64,000 bases of DNA. It comes from Bacteriovoracia bacterium (GTDB taxonomy: Bacteria > Bdellovibrionota > UBA1018 > JBFWNL01). Shown one piece after another: positions 27,274-36,511 of the stretch. Each line of letters begins with the position of its first letter. The stretch's first letter is position 1. The notes below the pieces were generated by a model. It had not been told where the DNA came from. It ran no database searches and saw only the letters and a program-made list of their open reading frames with translations. A program made the translations under genes and the position numbers. The DNA lies in contig JBFWNL010000006.1 in NCBI GenBank assembly GCA_050251055.1, forward strand, positions 192,001 through 256,000. Direction: 5' to 3'.

Positions 27274-28209
27274 TCAGTCGGCTTTGGTCGCCGCCGTGCC
27301 CGGAGAAACTCCGATTTCGTTCGATACCAATTCATCGCGCCCTTCCAGGGTGAGACGGCGATTTTTTGATACTTGGTCCGCGACCTTTGCATCTACCATG
27401 CTCGTGCCCCCAAGGGTGGCTTCTATGTTGCGGAGGTACGGAGCTGGATTCGGTAGCAGAATTTTCGTTTGCATGAACTTCTCCTGTTCGGCCTGGATAA
27501 AGGCTAAGATTTCCTCCTGGGATGCGACAATGCATTTATTCTTGCTTAAGAATGGAACCACGCGGAAGGTGCCGTCACCCTCGATGATCAGCATGGACGC
27601 GGGAATGGCTGCCACGGCCGCGACTTCGTCGCGGCGATCGGCCACGGTAACGGCAATCTCCTTGATTTTTAATGTATCAAATAAGAATTCCCGTTGGGAT
27701 GGCGCATCTTTTAGTGCACTAAGCGCGGTATCCAGGGCTTGCCACTGCCGAGTTGCGCAAGGTACGGAGGCTTCTTGGTCCAAATACGATTCTACCCGTA
27801 AGGTACCGACCGGCTCATAAAGGTTAACTGGCCAAACCCGACCGCTAAGCCGGGGAGGGGAGATCGACTTCCTTAAGGCAGCGTTGAACTTAACGTTTGC
27901 GGCTGCGCGCTTTGCGTCTGCTTCTGTTTGGAAATAAAAATTTTCGTCGCGTACGAGTTCCCCTTCTACTTTTATCCCGTAGTAATTCACGTACAGCTTT
28001 ACCCGAGATGTCTGCAGCGAGATTTCTCGTCCGTCGTAACGAGCCGTTCCGCCCAGCTCGCTTACGGGTATTGGATTCGGGTACTTCCATCGTCGGATCG
28101 CTTCCTGAAATGGTTGACTATGATTTTCCGTATGCGGTGGTAGGTCGTCCGCGGCCACCCAGGGGGCGACCAAAAGTACAGGGATGGCTAGAAGATGGGT
28201 AAATCGCAT
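27274..28209 (-). CDS. Secreted hypothetical protein, tandem paralog A
   Basis: ATG 28209 after GGAGG; signal peptide; YLDQEASVPCATRQW block shared with the neighbouring gene. Confidence 0.75.
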   Translation of the reverse strand: MRFTHLLAIPVLLVAPWVAADDLPPHTENHSQPFQEAIRRWKYPNPIPVSELGGTARYDGREISLQTSRVKLYVNYYGIKVEGELVRDENFYFQTEADAKRAAANVKFNAALRKSISPPRLSGRVWPVNLYEPVGTLRVESYLDQEASVPCATRQWQALDTALSALKDAPSQREFLFDTLKIKEIAVTVADRRDEVAAVAAIPASMLIIEGDGTFRVVPFLSKNKCIVASQEEILAFIQAEQEKFMQTKILLPNPAPYLRNIEATLGGTSMVDAKVADQVSKNRRLTLEGRDELVSNEIGVSPGTAATKAD

Positions 28210-28266
28210 TTTTCCTCCAATATTTTGGGTAGGTTTTAGATGACGTGACAAATGACTCTTGGGTTA

Positions 28267-29223
28267 TTAATCCGCCGAAGCGGCTTGTTTGAATCGGGGG
28301 TTTGGCTTGCTTGACCGACGGGCACGATCGTCACCATCGGACGGCTCCGAACTACCCGCCTTCGTCTGTTGGTCCGCGACCCGTGGTTTAAGCGACCTGG
28401 ATTCGCCGAGCATATCTTCGATGTTGCGCAGGCAATCCAGCGTGCCCAACAGGGAATCGTTGGGGTTACAGAGTTCGGCTTCTTCCTGGATGAGGAAAGT
28501 CAGGAGATCTTCCTTGCTCACGACGGCGCAGCCGTCTTCATTCAAATAGGGCGAGAAATGAAGCGTTCTCAGCATATCGGTAACTAGGGAAGGCCTCGGT
28601 TTCAGGCGGGAGCGAGGGTCGACATTTCGTTCGTCGACGACGGTTACTTCGATCTTTTCGATCGCCATCGTGTCGAACAGCAGCGCCTGCTGGCGGGGCA
28701 TGCTTTTGATGTCCGATAGCGCCGCTTCCACTACCTTCCACTGTTTGGTCGCACAGGGAAGCACTTCTTCTTGATTCAAGTATTGGCGGTAGACAGCTGT
28801 CTTCTGTGGTGTAGGCAATCTATAGACTTCGAGTGCGTAACCTTCCGGAACCGACCGAGGATGCAGATCGCGCAGGCTAAGATTTGCCTCCGCTTCCGTT
28901 CGGTATAATGGTGCGTTAGGCAACGGAAGAGTTTCATCTACATAGAAACGCGGATGGCCCAGGTAGCTAACCACGCGCTTCCGACTAAATTGAAGCGAGT
29001 AGCTTTTGTACTCGAAATCTAAGTGACTTGTCTTGAGTTCGATGCTGCGGTTTCCGTAAGGAATCGTTCGGTCGAGCTCATAAGTGGGAATGTCCCGATT
29101 TTTTGACCGGAGCTTTTCTAAAAAAATATCGTTCGTGTTGGCCATTCGAGTTGTGAATGGATTGGCGAAACCAAGACTGCTTACCAGCAGGATAGAAGGC
29201 GCAGCAAAGTAGGGAAAACGCAT
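28267..29223 (-). CDS. Secreted hypothetical protein, tandem paralog B
   Basis: ATG 29223 after AAGGAG; signal peptide; YLNQEEVLPCATKQW block. Confidence 0.75.
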   Translation of the reverse strand: MRFPYFAAPSILLVSSLGFANPFTTRMANTNDIFLEKLRSKNRDIPTYELDRTIPYGNRSIELKTSHLDFEYKSYSLQFSRKRVVSYLGHPRFYVDETLPLPNAPLYRTEAEANLSLRDLHPRSVPEGYALEVYRLPTPQKTAVYRQYLNQEEVLPCATKQWKVVEAALSDIKSMPRQQALLFDTMAIEKIEVTVVDERNVDPRSRLKPRPSLVTDMLRTLHFSPYLNEDGCAVVSKEDLLTFLIQEEAELCNPNDSLLGTLDCLRNIEDMLGESRSLKPRVADQQTKAGSSEPSDGDDRARRSSKPNPRFKQAASAD

Positions 29224-29408
29224 AACTTCTCCTTGGGAAGACGTTTCCATATTTGCCGTACGACTAAGAAATGCAATTCCTTGGCCACTGTCGGAGAAAG
29301 AGATATCGCGTGCTGGCGCCCTGGGTCCCTGGATTTGGGCGTGGAGGCATGATCAGCTGTCGATTTGTTCGACGCGCGCTTACTGCAAAATCCAAGTAAG
29401 CAGCGGAC

Positions 29409-30560
29409 TCAGCCGAATAGATTTTTCATGCGCTCGAAAAAGCCATGATGTTTCGGATGCGTGGCCTGCGCCTGGATCGCGTCGAAACGCTTGAGCAGGT
29501 CTTTCTGCTCGGCGTTCATCCGTGCCGGGGTTTCGATCACGACCTGTACGAGCTGATCGCCGCGGCCGTACGAACCCAAGCGAGGCAGGCCCTTGCCCTT
29601 GAGGCGGAAAACCTTGTGGGATTGCGTACCGGAGGGCACCGTCATCTCCACTTTGCCCTGCAGGGTGGGGACTTCGAGCTCGGTGCCCAAGGCCGCTTGC
29701 GCGAAGGTGATGGGAATTTCGCAAATGACGTCGAAGTCCTCGCGTCGGAAAAATTCATGCTCTAAAACATTGATGACGACGTAAAGGTCGCCCGGAGGTC
29801 CGCCGCGCTCGCCCGCTTCGCCTTCGCCGGTGAGCTTCAGGCGCTGGCCGGTGTCAACGCCGGCGGGAATCTTCACTTCGATCTGGCTCTTTTTCTTCTT
29901 GTGACCCGTGCCCGCGCAGCTTCCGCACGGATTTTTGATCACCTGGCCTTCGCCCTTACAAGCGGGACAAGGCCGGCTGATGGCGAAGAAGCCTTGCTGG
30001 AAAGTGACTTCGCCGCGTCCGCCGCACTGGCCGCAATCTTCCGGCGACGTTCCGGCCTTCGCGCCCGAGCCGTGGCAGGTGTCGCAAGGCACGGATTTTT
30101 GAATGGAGATAACCTTGTCGACGCCAAAGGCGGCTTCGTTGAAGGTGATGTCGGCCGAGGTGCGTAGATCCGCGCCCGGTCGGCCCACGCTGCGCCGGCG
30201 TCCGCCACGTCCGCGCGCTTGTCCGCCTCCGAAAATATCGCCAAAGATGTCGCCAAAAATATCGTTGAAGTTCGCTCCGCCGAACCCGCCGCCGAAGTCG
30301 AACCCGCCCGGCCCGCCGCCCGCCGCCCCCGCCATGCCGGCGTGCCCGAACTGATCATACATCTGCCGTTTCTTGGGGTCGGTGAGAACGTCGTAGGCCT
30401 CGGAGGCCTCCTTGAACTTCTCTTCGGCCGCCTTGTTGCCCGGGTTTTTGTCGGGATGGAATTGGATGGCGAGCTTCCGGTAAGCTTTCTTGAGCTCGTC
30501 TTCCCCGGCGCCTTTGGCGACGCCGAGGACTTCGTAATAGTCCCGTTTACCGGAAGCCAT
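29409..30560 (-). CDS. dnaJ: Chaperone DnaJ
   Basis: J domain with HPD, G/F-rich region, four CxxCxGxG repeats. Confidence 0.98.
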   Translation of the reverse strand: MASGKRDYYEVLGVAKGAGEDELKKAYRKLAIQFHPDKNPGNKAAEEKFKEASEAYDVLTDPKKRQMYDQFGHAGMAGAAGGGPGGFDFGGGFGGANFNDIFGDIFGDIFGGGQARGRGGRRRSVGRPGADLRTSADITFNEAAFGVDKVISIQKSVPCDTCHGSGAKAGTSPEDCGQCGGRGEVTFQQGFFAISRPCPACKGEGQVIKNPCGSCAGTGHKKKKSQIEVKIPAGVDTGQRLKLTGEGEAGERGGPPGDLYVVINVLEHEFFRREDFDVICEIPITFAQAALGTELEVPTLQGKVEMTVPSGTQSHKVFRLKGKGLPRLGSYGRGDQLVQVVIETPARMNAEQKDLLKRFDAIQAQATHPKHHGFFERMKNLFG

Positions 30561-30572
30561 GCACTTCCTTTA

Positions 30573-32531
30573 TTAGACTTCTTTGTAGTCGGCGTCGATC
30601 ACGTCGTCGCCCGCTTTACCCGACTTGCCGCCCGCGGCTTCCTGTTGGGTTTCTCCGGAGCCGGAAGCCCCGTTGCCGTGCGCGTGGCCGTTCGTGTCCG
30701 GACCACCCGCCGCGCCATTCGCGCCCGCGGTCTTGTAGATCTGCTCGGCCATCTTGTTCGAAGCCTTGGAGAGCTCTTCCGTGGCTTTCTTCAGCTCTTC
30801 CACGTCCTTGCTTTCCAGGTGCTTCTTCGCTTCGACCAGGGCGGCTTCGATCTGCGTCTTGTCTTCCGCCGAGATCTTGTCGCCGTTGTCCTTGATGGTC
30901 TTCTCGATCGTGTAGATCAGGCCGTCGAGCGTATTGCGGGCATCGACCACTTTCTTGCGGTTCTCGTCTTCCGACTTGTGCTCTTCCGCTTCACGCTGCA
31001 TGCGCTTGATCTCTTCTTCCGAAAGACCGCCCGCCGCGGTGATGCGGATGGATTGCTCCTTGCCCGTACCCATGTCTTTCGCGCCGACGTTCACGAGCCC
31101 GTTCGCGTCGATGTCGAAGGTCACTTCCACTTGCGGCACGCCACGGGGGGCGGGCGGCAGGCCGACGAGGTCGAAGCGGCCAAGCGACTTGTTGTGCTCG
31201 GCGAACTCGCGCTCGCCCTGCAGTACGTGGATGGTCACGGCCGTTTGGTTATCGGCCGCGGTGGAGAACACCTGCGACTTTTTGGTCGGGATGGTGGTGT
31301 TCTTTTCGATGAGCTTGGTGAACACGCCGCCCAGGGTTTCGATACCCAACGACAGCGGGGTAACGTCCAGCAGCAGCACGTCTTTCACGTCGCCTTGGAG
31401 CACGCCGCCTTGGATGGCCGCGCCGACCGCGACGACTTCGTCGGGGTTCACGCCCTTGTGGGGTTCCTTGCCGAAGATTTCCTTCACCTTGGCTTGCACG
31501 CGAGGCATGCGGGTCATGCCGCCGACCAAGATGACTTCGTCGATCTGGTCCTTGCGGATGCCGGCGTCCTTCAGCGCGGTTTCGCACGGAGGAACGAGCT
31601 TGTCGATGAGGTCAGCGACGATGGCTTCCAGCTTCGCGCGGGTGAGCCGCAGGTTCAGGTGCTTGGGGCCCGAGGCGTCGGCGGTGATGAACGGGAGGTT
31701 GATCTCCGTTTCGTTCAAGGTCGACAGCTCGTGCTTGGCTTTTTCGGCGGCTTCTTTCAGGCGCTGCAAAGCCATTTTGTCTTTACGGAGGTCGATGCTG
31801 TTCTCTTTTTTGAACTCGTCGGCGATCCAATCCATAATGCGCTGGTCGAAGTTACCACCGCCCAGGAACGTGTCGCCGTTAGTGGCTTTTACTTCGAATA
31901 CGCCGTCGCCCATCTCGAGCACGGAGACGTCGAAGGTACCGCCGCCCAAGTCGAAGACCGCGATCTTCGCGTCTTTGCCTTTTTTATCCAGGCCGTAAGC
32001 AAGTGCCGCGGCCGTGGGCTCGTTAATGATGCGCTTTACTTCGAGGCCCGCGATGCGGCCGGCGTCCTTGGTCGCCTGGCGTTGGGCGTCGTTAAAATAT
32101 GCGGGTACGGTGACCACGGCTTCGGTGACGGGTTCACCTAAGTAATCTTCCGCGGTCTGCTTCATCTTTTGCAGAACCATGGCCGAGATTTCTTCCGGGG
32201 AGTAGTCCTTGCCGCCGCCTTGCACCCAGGCGTCGCCGTTTTTCGAGGCGACGAGGTTGAACGGGGCGACGCGCTTGAATTCTTCGACTTCCTTGGAGTT
32301 GACTTTGCGGCCGATGAGGCGCTTCACTTCGAAGAAAGTTTTATCGGGATTGGTCACGCCTTGGCGCTTGGCCACCTGCCCAACCAGCTTTTCGCCGTTG
32401 TTGTTGAACGCGACGATGGATGGAGTCGTGTTCGCGCCTTCCGAGTTAGGGATGACTTTTGGTTCGCCGCCTTCCAGCACCGATACGCAAGAGTTCGTGG
32501 TTCCCAAGTCGATTCCGATGATTTTTCCCAT
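30573..32531 (-). CDS. dnaK: Chaperone DnaK (Hsp70)
   Basis: [25 protein letters not shown] motifs. Confidence 0.99.
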   Translation of the reverse strand: MGKIIGIDLGTTNSCVSVLEGGEPKVIPNSEGANTTPSIVAFNNNGEKLVGQVAKRQGVTNPDKTFFEVKRLIGRKVNSKEVEEFKRVAPFNLVASKNGDAWVQGGGKDYSPEEISAMVLQKMKQTAEDYLGEPVTEAVVTVPAYFNDAQRQATKDAGRIAGLEVKRIINEPTAAALAYGLDKKGKDAKIAVFDLGGGTFDVSVLEMGDGVFEVKATNGDTFLGGGNFDQRIMDWIADEFKKENSIDLRKDKMALQRLKEAAEKAKHELSTLNETEINLPFITADASGPKHLNLRLTRAKLEAIVADLIDKLVPPCETALKDAGIRKDQIDEVILVGGMTRMPRVQAKVKEIFGKEPHKGVNPDEVVAVGAAIQGGVLQGDVKDVLLLDVTPLSLGIETLGGVFTKLIEKNTTIPTKKSQVFSTAADNQTAVTIHVLQGEREFAEHNKSLGRFDLVGLPPAPRGVPQVEVTFDIDANGLVNVGAKDMGTGKEQSIRITAAGGLSEEEIKRMQREAEEHKSEDENRKKVVDARNTLDGLIYTIEKTIKDNGDKISAEDKTQIEAALVEAKKHLESKDVEELKKATEELSKASNKMAEQIYKTAGANGAAGGPDTNGHAHGNGASGSGETQQEAAGGKSGKAGDDVIDADYKEV

Positions 32532-32607
32532 GGCTTTAAACTCCTAATTGTTTCTACTGGTTAAGTTGGTAACGAAAAGCTTCCCGTCAAATCACGAATC
32601 GGGTTTT

Positions 32608-33180
32608 TTATTCGGACTTCGTGGCGGCAGCCGGACCCATGCTGATGATCACGCGGCCGGGACGTAAAAGGCGATCGTGAATCATATAACCCTTTGATTC
32701 TTCACGAGTAATCTCACCTGCGGGCCGATCCGAAGGCTCCTGACCCACGGCTTCAAAGAGGTTGGGGTCAAACGGCTTGCCAACGGCGTCCAGGGGCTTC
32801 ACGCCCCGCTTCTCGAAGGTGGTTTGGAACTGCTTCAGCACCAAGTTTAGTCCATCCAGCAGCTTTGGATCCGTCTCCGGGGTCGTGTGCGCCAGCGCGC
32901 GCTCGAGGTTGTCGACGGTTTGCAAGAGGTCGCGCGCCACGGGCTCCCAGCCAAACTTCAAGAGATCCGAGCGTTCCTTCACGCTGCGTTTTTTGAAGTT
33001 TTCAAAATCCGCGTAGAGATAAAGGTACTGATTTTCCTTCTCTTTCAGCTGCTTTTCGAGCTGTTGTTCCCGGGTTTCTTCCGAGCTGGCGGCGGGCGAA
33101 GCTTGGCCATTGGCCGCCGCGCTATTGGGCTTGGCTTCCGTTTCAGGGTTGCTGGAAGTGTTCTCAGGCTGATCGTTCAC
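32608..33180 (-). CDS. grpE: Nucleotide exchange factor GrpE
   Basis: ADFENFKKR, VDNLERAL, FDPNLFEAV, GY.IHDRLLRP motifs. Confidence 0.97.
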   Translation of the reverse strand: MNDQPENTSSNPETEAKPNSAAANGQASPAASSEETREQQLEKQLKEKENQYLYLYADFENFKKRSVKERSDLLKFGWEPVARDLLQTVDNLERALAHTTPETDPKLLDGLNLVLKQFQTTFEKRGVKPLDAVGKPFDPNLFEAVGQEPSDRPAGEITREESKGYMIHDRLLRPGRVIISMGPAAATKSE

Positions 33181-33304
33181 GAAAATCTCCTAAAATGGTC
33201 TGCTGAGTTGCAAACTCAATATGCGAACGAAACCGCTTGAGTCAACCGAAGTCATTACCAGAAGCTCATTGCGTAAATGCAGAGGTTCAACTAGAAGAAT
33301 TTAC

Positions 33305-34870
33305 ATGCAAAAAAGCCGATGGGTGGGCGTCGTCGCTTCCCTCGTCATCTTAGTGCTGATCTTTGTATTTGGCGGCGTGAAGCCCGCCGAAGTTTGGGCG
33401 TCCGTGCAGCGGTTTTCCGGGTGGACGGTGGGGGGGGCGCTTGCCCTGGGATTGGCGCAGATTTTTTTTCAATGCATGCGCGTGCATTTTCTCATCGCGC
33501 CTTCGCTGAAGCTCCGTTGGTATCAGACGATCCGTGTTTTCAATATCGGGCAAGTACTCAATAACTTTTTGCCCGCCAAGGTGGGCGACGCTTACAAAGT
33601 CGTGAGCCTGGGCAAGCTCTCGCGCGAACCTCACGCGGTGGCGCGCGCGGTGGGCGGCATTTTCGTCGCCGACAAGATCGCGGACATCTTGGCGCTGCTC
33701 GTGCTCGTGGGTGGTTTCGCGCCCATGGCGCTGGCGGAGCTGATGGGCGGGGGAAAAGGCCAGGTCTTGGGTTGGGTGGGCGGCGGAATCGCGGCGCTGG
33801 CTTTGTTGGCTTGGGTTTTTCGCGCCCGCATTCGCGGTTGGATACCGCCGAAGAGCGCTTCGGCCGTGCGCGATGCGCTCGCCACGGTGACGTGGAGGAC
33901 GGCAGTCACCGCGCAGACGTTCGCGTTCCTGAGCTGGCTGGCCGAATGCGCGATCATTATATTGCTTTGTTCGGCGCAAGGGTTTCCGCTGAGCTTTAGC
34001 CAAGGGATTTTGGTCCTGCTCGCGCTGAATGTAGGAATCGCGGTGCCGGTGTCGGTGGCGAACGTGGGCACCTTTGAAGCCTCCATGGTTTTTGGGCTCA
34101 GTCGTCTGGGGATTCCGGCCGAAGCGGGCATGGCGATTGCCACCGTTCATCATGGCGTTCAGCTCTCGGCTTTGTTACTGATGGCGGCACCATTCGCGTT
34201 CAGAAAGGATTTGGGAATGACGACGGCGGAGACCTCCGGATTTCGCGTGGGCGAAAATGATAAAAAGCGCGCGGCCGAGTATTACGAATCGCTCTCGGGC
34301 GATTACAATGGCGCCGTGGAACGGGGCCTGCTCGCTAAGTTTCGCGCCCGCGAACGCGGCATGGTTTTGGGGTACGCCGATCTGTACGGAAAATACGACG
34401 CCATTAAGAAGAAAACCATGATTGACGTCGGTTGCGGCGGCGGGGTCTACGCGCTCGAAGCCAAGCGGGCGGGCATGCGGGTCTGCGCCACGGATTTTGC
34501 GCCAGGCATGGTCGAGCGCATCCGTCCGCGGGTGGACGAAGCCTACGTCAGCGATATTGAATCATTGCCGGTCACGAAACAATACGACGTGGTGGTTTGC
34601 GCGGGCGTGCTGGATTTCGTGCTCGACCCCACGAAGGCGTTCGGGAATTTGTGCCAGCTCGTGGCCCCGGGCGGGCGCTTGGTGGTGATGGTGCCGCATC
34701 ACAGCTTGGGTGGACTGATTTATCGGGTTGAAAAATTCTTCGCCAAGATGAAAGTGAATCTCTATTCCGTAAAATGGATGCGTGAGCAGGCGCGCCATCA
34801 CGGATTGGAGCTTGTTTCTTATGCGCACCCGCTGCCGACAAACGTGGCGGTGCTTTTCACGCGGTCTTAA
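33305..34870 (+). CDS. Lysylphosphatidylglycerol-synthase-TM (UPF0104 flippase-like) domain fused to a class I SAM-dependent methyltransferase
   Basis: NNFLPAKVGD and VANVGTFE membrane motifs; C-terminal IDVGCGGG, YDVVVCAGVL, VAPGGRLV; start placed at ATG 33305. Confidence 0.8.
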   Translation: MQKSRWVGVVASLVILVLIFVFGGVKPAEVWASVQRFSGWTVGGALALGLAQIFFQCMRVHFLIAPSLKLRWYQTIRVFNIGQVLNNFLPAKVGDAYKVVSLGKLSREPHAVARAVGGIFVADKIADILALLVLVGGFAPMALAELMGGGKGQVLGWVGGGIAALALLAWVFRARIRGWIPPKSASAVRDALATVTWRTAVTAQTFAFLSWLAECAIIILLCSAQGFPLSFSQGILVLLALNVGIAVPVSVANVGTFEASMVFGLSRLGIPAEAGMAIATVHHGVQLSALLLMAAPFAFRKDLGMTTAETSGFRVGENDKKRAAEYYESLSGDYNGAVERGLLAKFRARERGMVLGYADLYGKYDAIKKKTMIDVGCGGGVYALEAKRAGMRVCATDFAPGMVERIRPRVDEAYVSDIESLPVTKQYDVVVCAGVLDFVLDPTKAFGNLCQLVAPGGRLVVMVPHHSLGGLIYRVEKFFAKMKVNLYSVKWMREQARHHGLELVSYAHPLPTNVAVLFTRS

Positions 34871-35988
34871 GCCAATTCCTTGATTACTTGATCGGAGAGC
34901 GCAAACCCTCGGGCGGTAAGGCGCAGGTGCGTGGCCTCACGCGGTTCCAGCAACCCTCGGGCCTCGAGCGCCGCGGCCTTGCGCCGACGGGTATCCGTAT
35001 CCAGCCAATCGCGGGGAAATCCTTGGTCGAGCCGCAGGGCGAGCATCCACTTTTCGAGCTCGCGCTGCGCGGGGCTGAGGATTTCCTCCCATTCTTGCGC
35101 GGATTTTCCCGCGAGCACGAGCTCCGCGTACTTGTGCAGCGAAGATACGTTCTTGAAGCGACGCTGCGCCTGTGCGTCGAATGAATGCGCGGACGGTCCG
35201 AAGCCCAGGTAGCTACGGCCCGTCCAGTAATTCAAGTTGTGGCGGGCGCGGTACCCGGGACGCGCGAAGTTGGAGATTTCGTAGTGCTCGAATCCGTGCG
35301 CGGTCATCCACTCGTGTACGAATAGCAGGTTTTTCAGCTGCGTGTCTTCGTCGGGAAGCTGGCCGTACATCTTATGGTGCGGCGGTAGGGTCAGCAGGTA
35401 ACAGCTCAGGTGTTTGATTGGGAAAGAGCTCAGGGTGGTTAGTGCTTCTTCCAGGTCCGCGAGCGTTTGCCCGGGCACGCCGCATAGCAGATCGCACGAG
35501 ACATTCTCTAGCCCCGCCTCGAAAGTCGCGTTCAGCGCGGCCAAGGCTTTCTCGCGTGAGTGTACTCGGCCCAGCATGAGCAGCGTCTCGTCGCGCAGCG
35601 ACTGTACGCCAAAGCTCACGCGGTTCACCCCGAGTTTTCGGTATTCGCGCAGGGCCGCGGTGGAAACCGAGCTCGGGTTGGCTTCCATCGTCCATTCGGT
35701 TTCGGGAGTGAGGCGCGTATGGCGCCAAAGGTGCTCCAGCGCGTGCAGCATGGAGGCGGGTGGGGTCATGCTCGGGGTGCCGCCGCCCAGGAAGACGGTG
35801 TCGAGCTCCGGCGCGAGCGCGGAGGCGTGCATTTCGATCTCGCGCGTGAGCGCCCGCTCAAAGAGCGCGGGATCGTCGGCCTTCGTGCGGCTCGCCCCCA
35901 GCGAATAGAAGTCGCAGTAATGGCACTTGGTCTCGCAGAACGGAAAATGCAGGTAGATGGAGCGGATGCCCACTTCGCGGTCATTCAC
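34867..35988 (-). CDS. hemW: Radical SAM heme chaperone HemW (HemN-like)
   Basis: YLHFPFCETKCHYCDF, GGGTPS, EANP, YEISNF, HNLNYW. Confidence 0.93.
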   Translation of the reverse strand: MNDREVGIRSIYLHFPFCETKCHYCDFYSLGASRTKADDPALFERALTREIEMHASALAPELDTVFLGGGTPSMTPPASMLHALEHLWRHTRLTPETEWTMEANPSSVSTAALREYRKLGVNRVSFGVQSLRDETLLMLGRVHSREKALAALNATFEAGLENVSCDLLCGVPGQTLADLEEALTTLSSFPIKHLSCYLLTLPPHHKMYGQLPDEDTQLKNLLFVHEWMTAHGFEHYEISNFARPGYRARHNLNYWTGRSYLGFGPSAHSFDAQAQRRFKNVSSLHKYAELVLAGKSAQEWEEILSPAQRELEKWMLALRLDQGFPRDWLDTDTRRRKAAALEARGLLEPREATHLRLTARGFALSDQVIKELA

Positions 35989-36004
35989 GGTGCAGCGGGT
36001 TTAC

Positions 36005-36400
36005 TTAATCCCGCTCGAGATGTCCAACGGGGCTGAAGTCCATCAGGACCTGGAAGCCTTCGAGCAGGCTTTTGTAGGTCGCGTGCGATTCGTTGCCCAT
36101 ACGGCCGATCTTGAGGCCAAAGACGTTGTTTTTTGCCCAAACCACGTCGGCCTGGAGCGTAACGGCTTCTAACCCGCGCTGGGATTCGCCCAGCTGGACG
36201 GCCAAGACGACCTGGTCGCCGGCTTCGATGGGGGTGGAGCTGGCTAGCCGGATGGCTAATCCGCTCTCGCTGAGGTTGAGGGTGCTGCCCCAGAACCGCT
36301 CGGAGCTGAGTAACATCCCGGGCTGGCTCATGATTCCGTCCTTGTGCCGTGCCGCGAGGTAGACGGGGTATTTTAATTCGTAGCGTCGTGCTGGAATCAT
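36005..36400 (-). CDS. PilZ-domain protein
   Basis: N-terminal RR then NLSESGLAI (D/NxSxxG) and ADVVW. Confidence 0.75.
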   Translation of the reverse strand: MIPARRYELKYPVYLAARHKDGIMSQPGMLLSSERFWGSTLNLSESGLAIRLASSTPIEAGDQVVLAVQLGESQRGLEAVTLQADVVWAKNNVFGLKIGRMGNESHATYKSLLEGFQVLMDFSPVGHLERD

Positions 36401-36511
36401 AGATAAATAGTATAAATTAACAATTTTAAAATATCAACATAATTTTAAAAATGCCACCAATTTCAAGGAATTGCTTGTACCTGAAAATCTGTGGCATCAT
36501 CGGGGGCACGC

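Noticed and set aside
151-29223. Accessory region as prophage or integrative element
   Set aside because: No integrase, terminase, capsid, tRNA att site or transposase; core-like genes (pip, ALDH, PBP activator) are interspersed
30219-32141. 640-aa plus-strand ORF antisense to dnaK
   Set aside because: Known antisense shadow ORF of dnaK, often misannotated as NAD-specific glutamate dehydrogenase; explained by codon bias
33200-33245. HspR HAIR or HrcA CIRCE operator upstream of grpE
   Set aside because: TGAGT/ACTCA arms are 5 nt apart rather than 7, and there is no TTAGCACTC-N9-GAGTGCTAA
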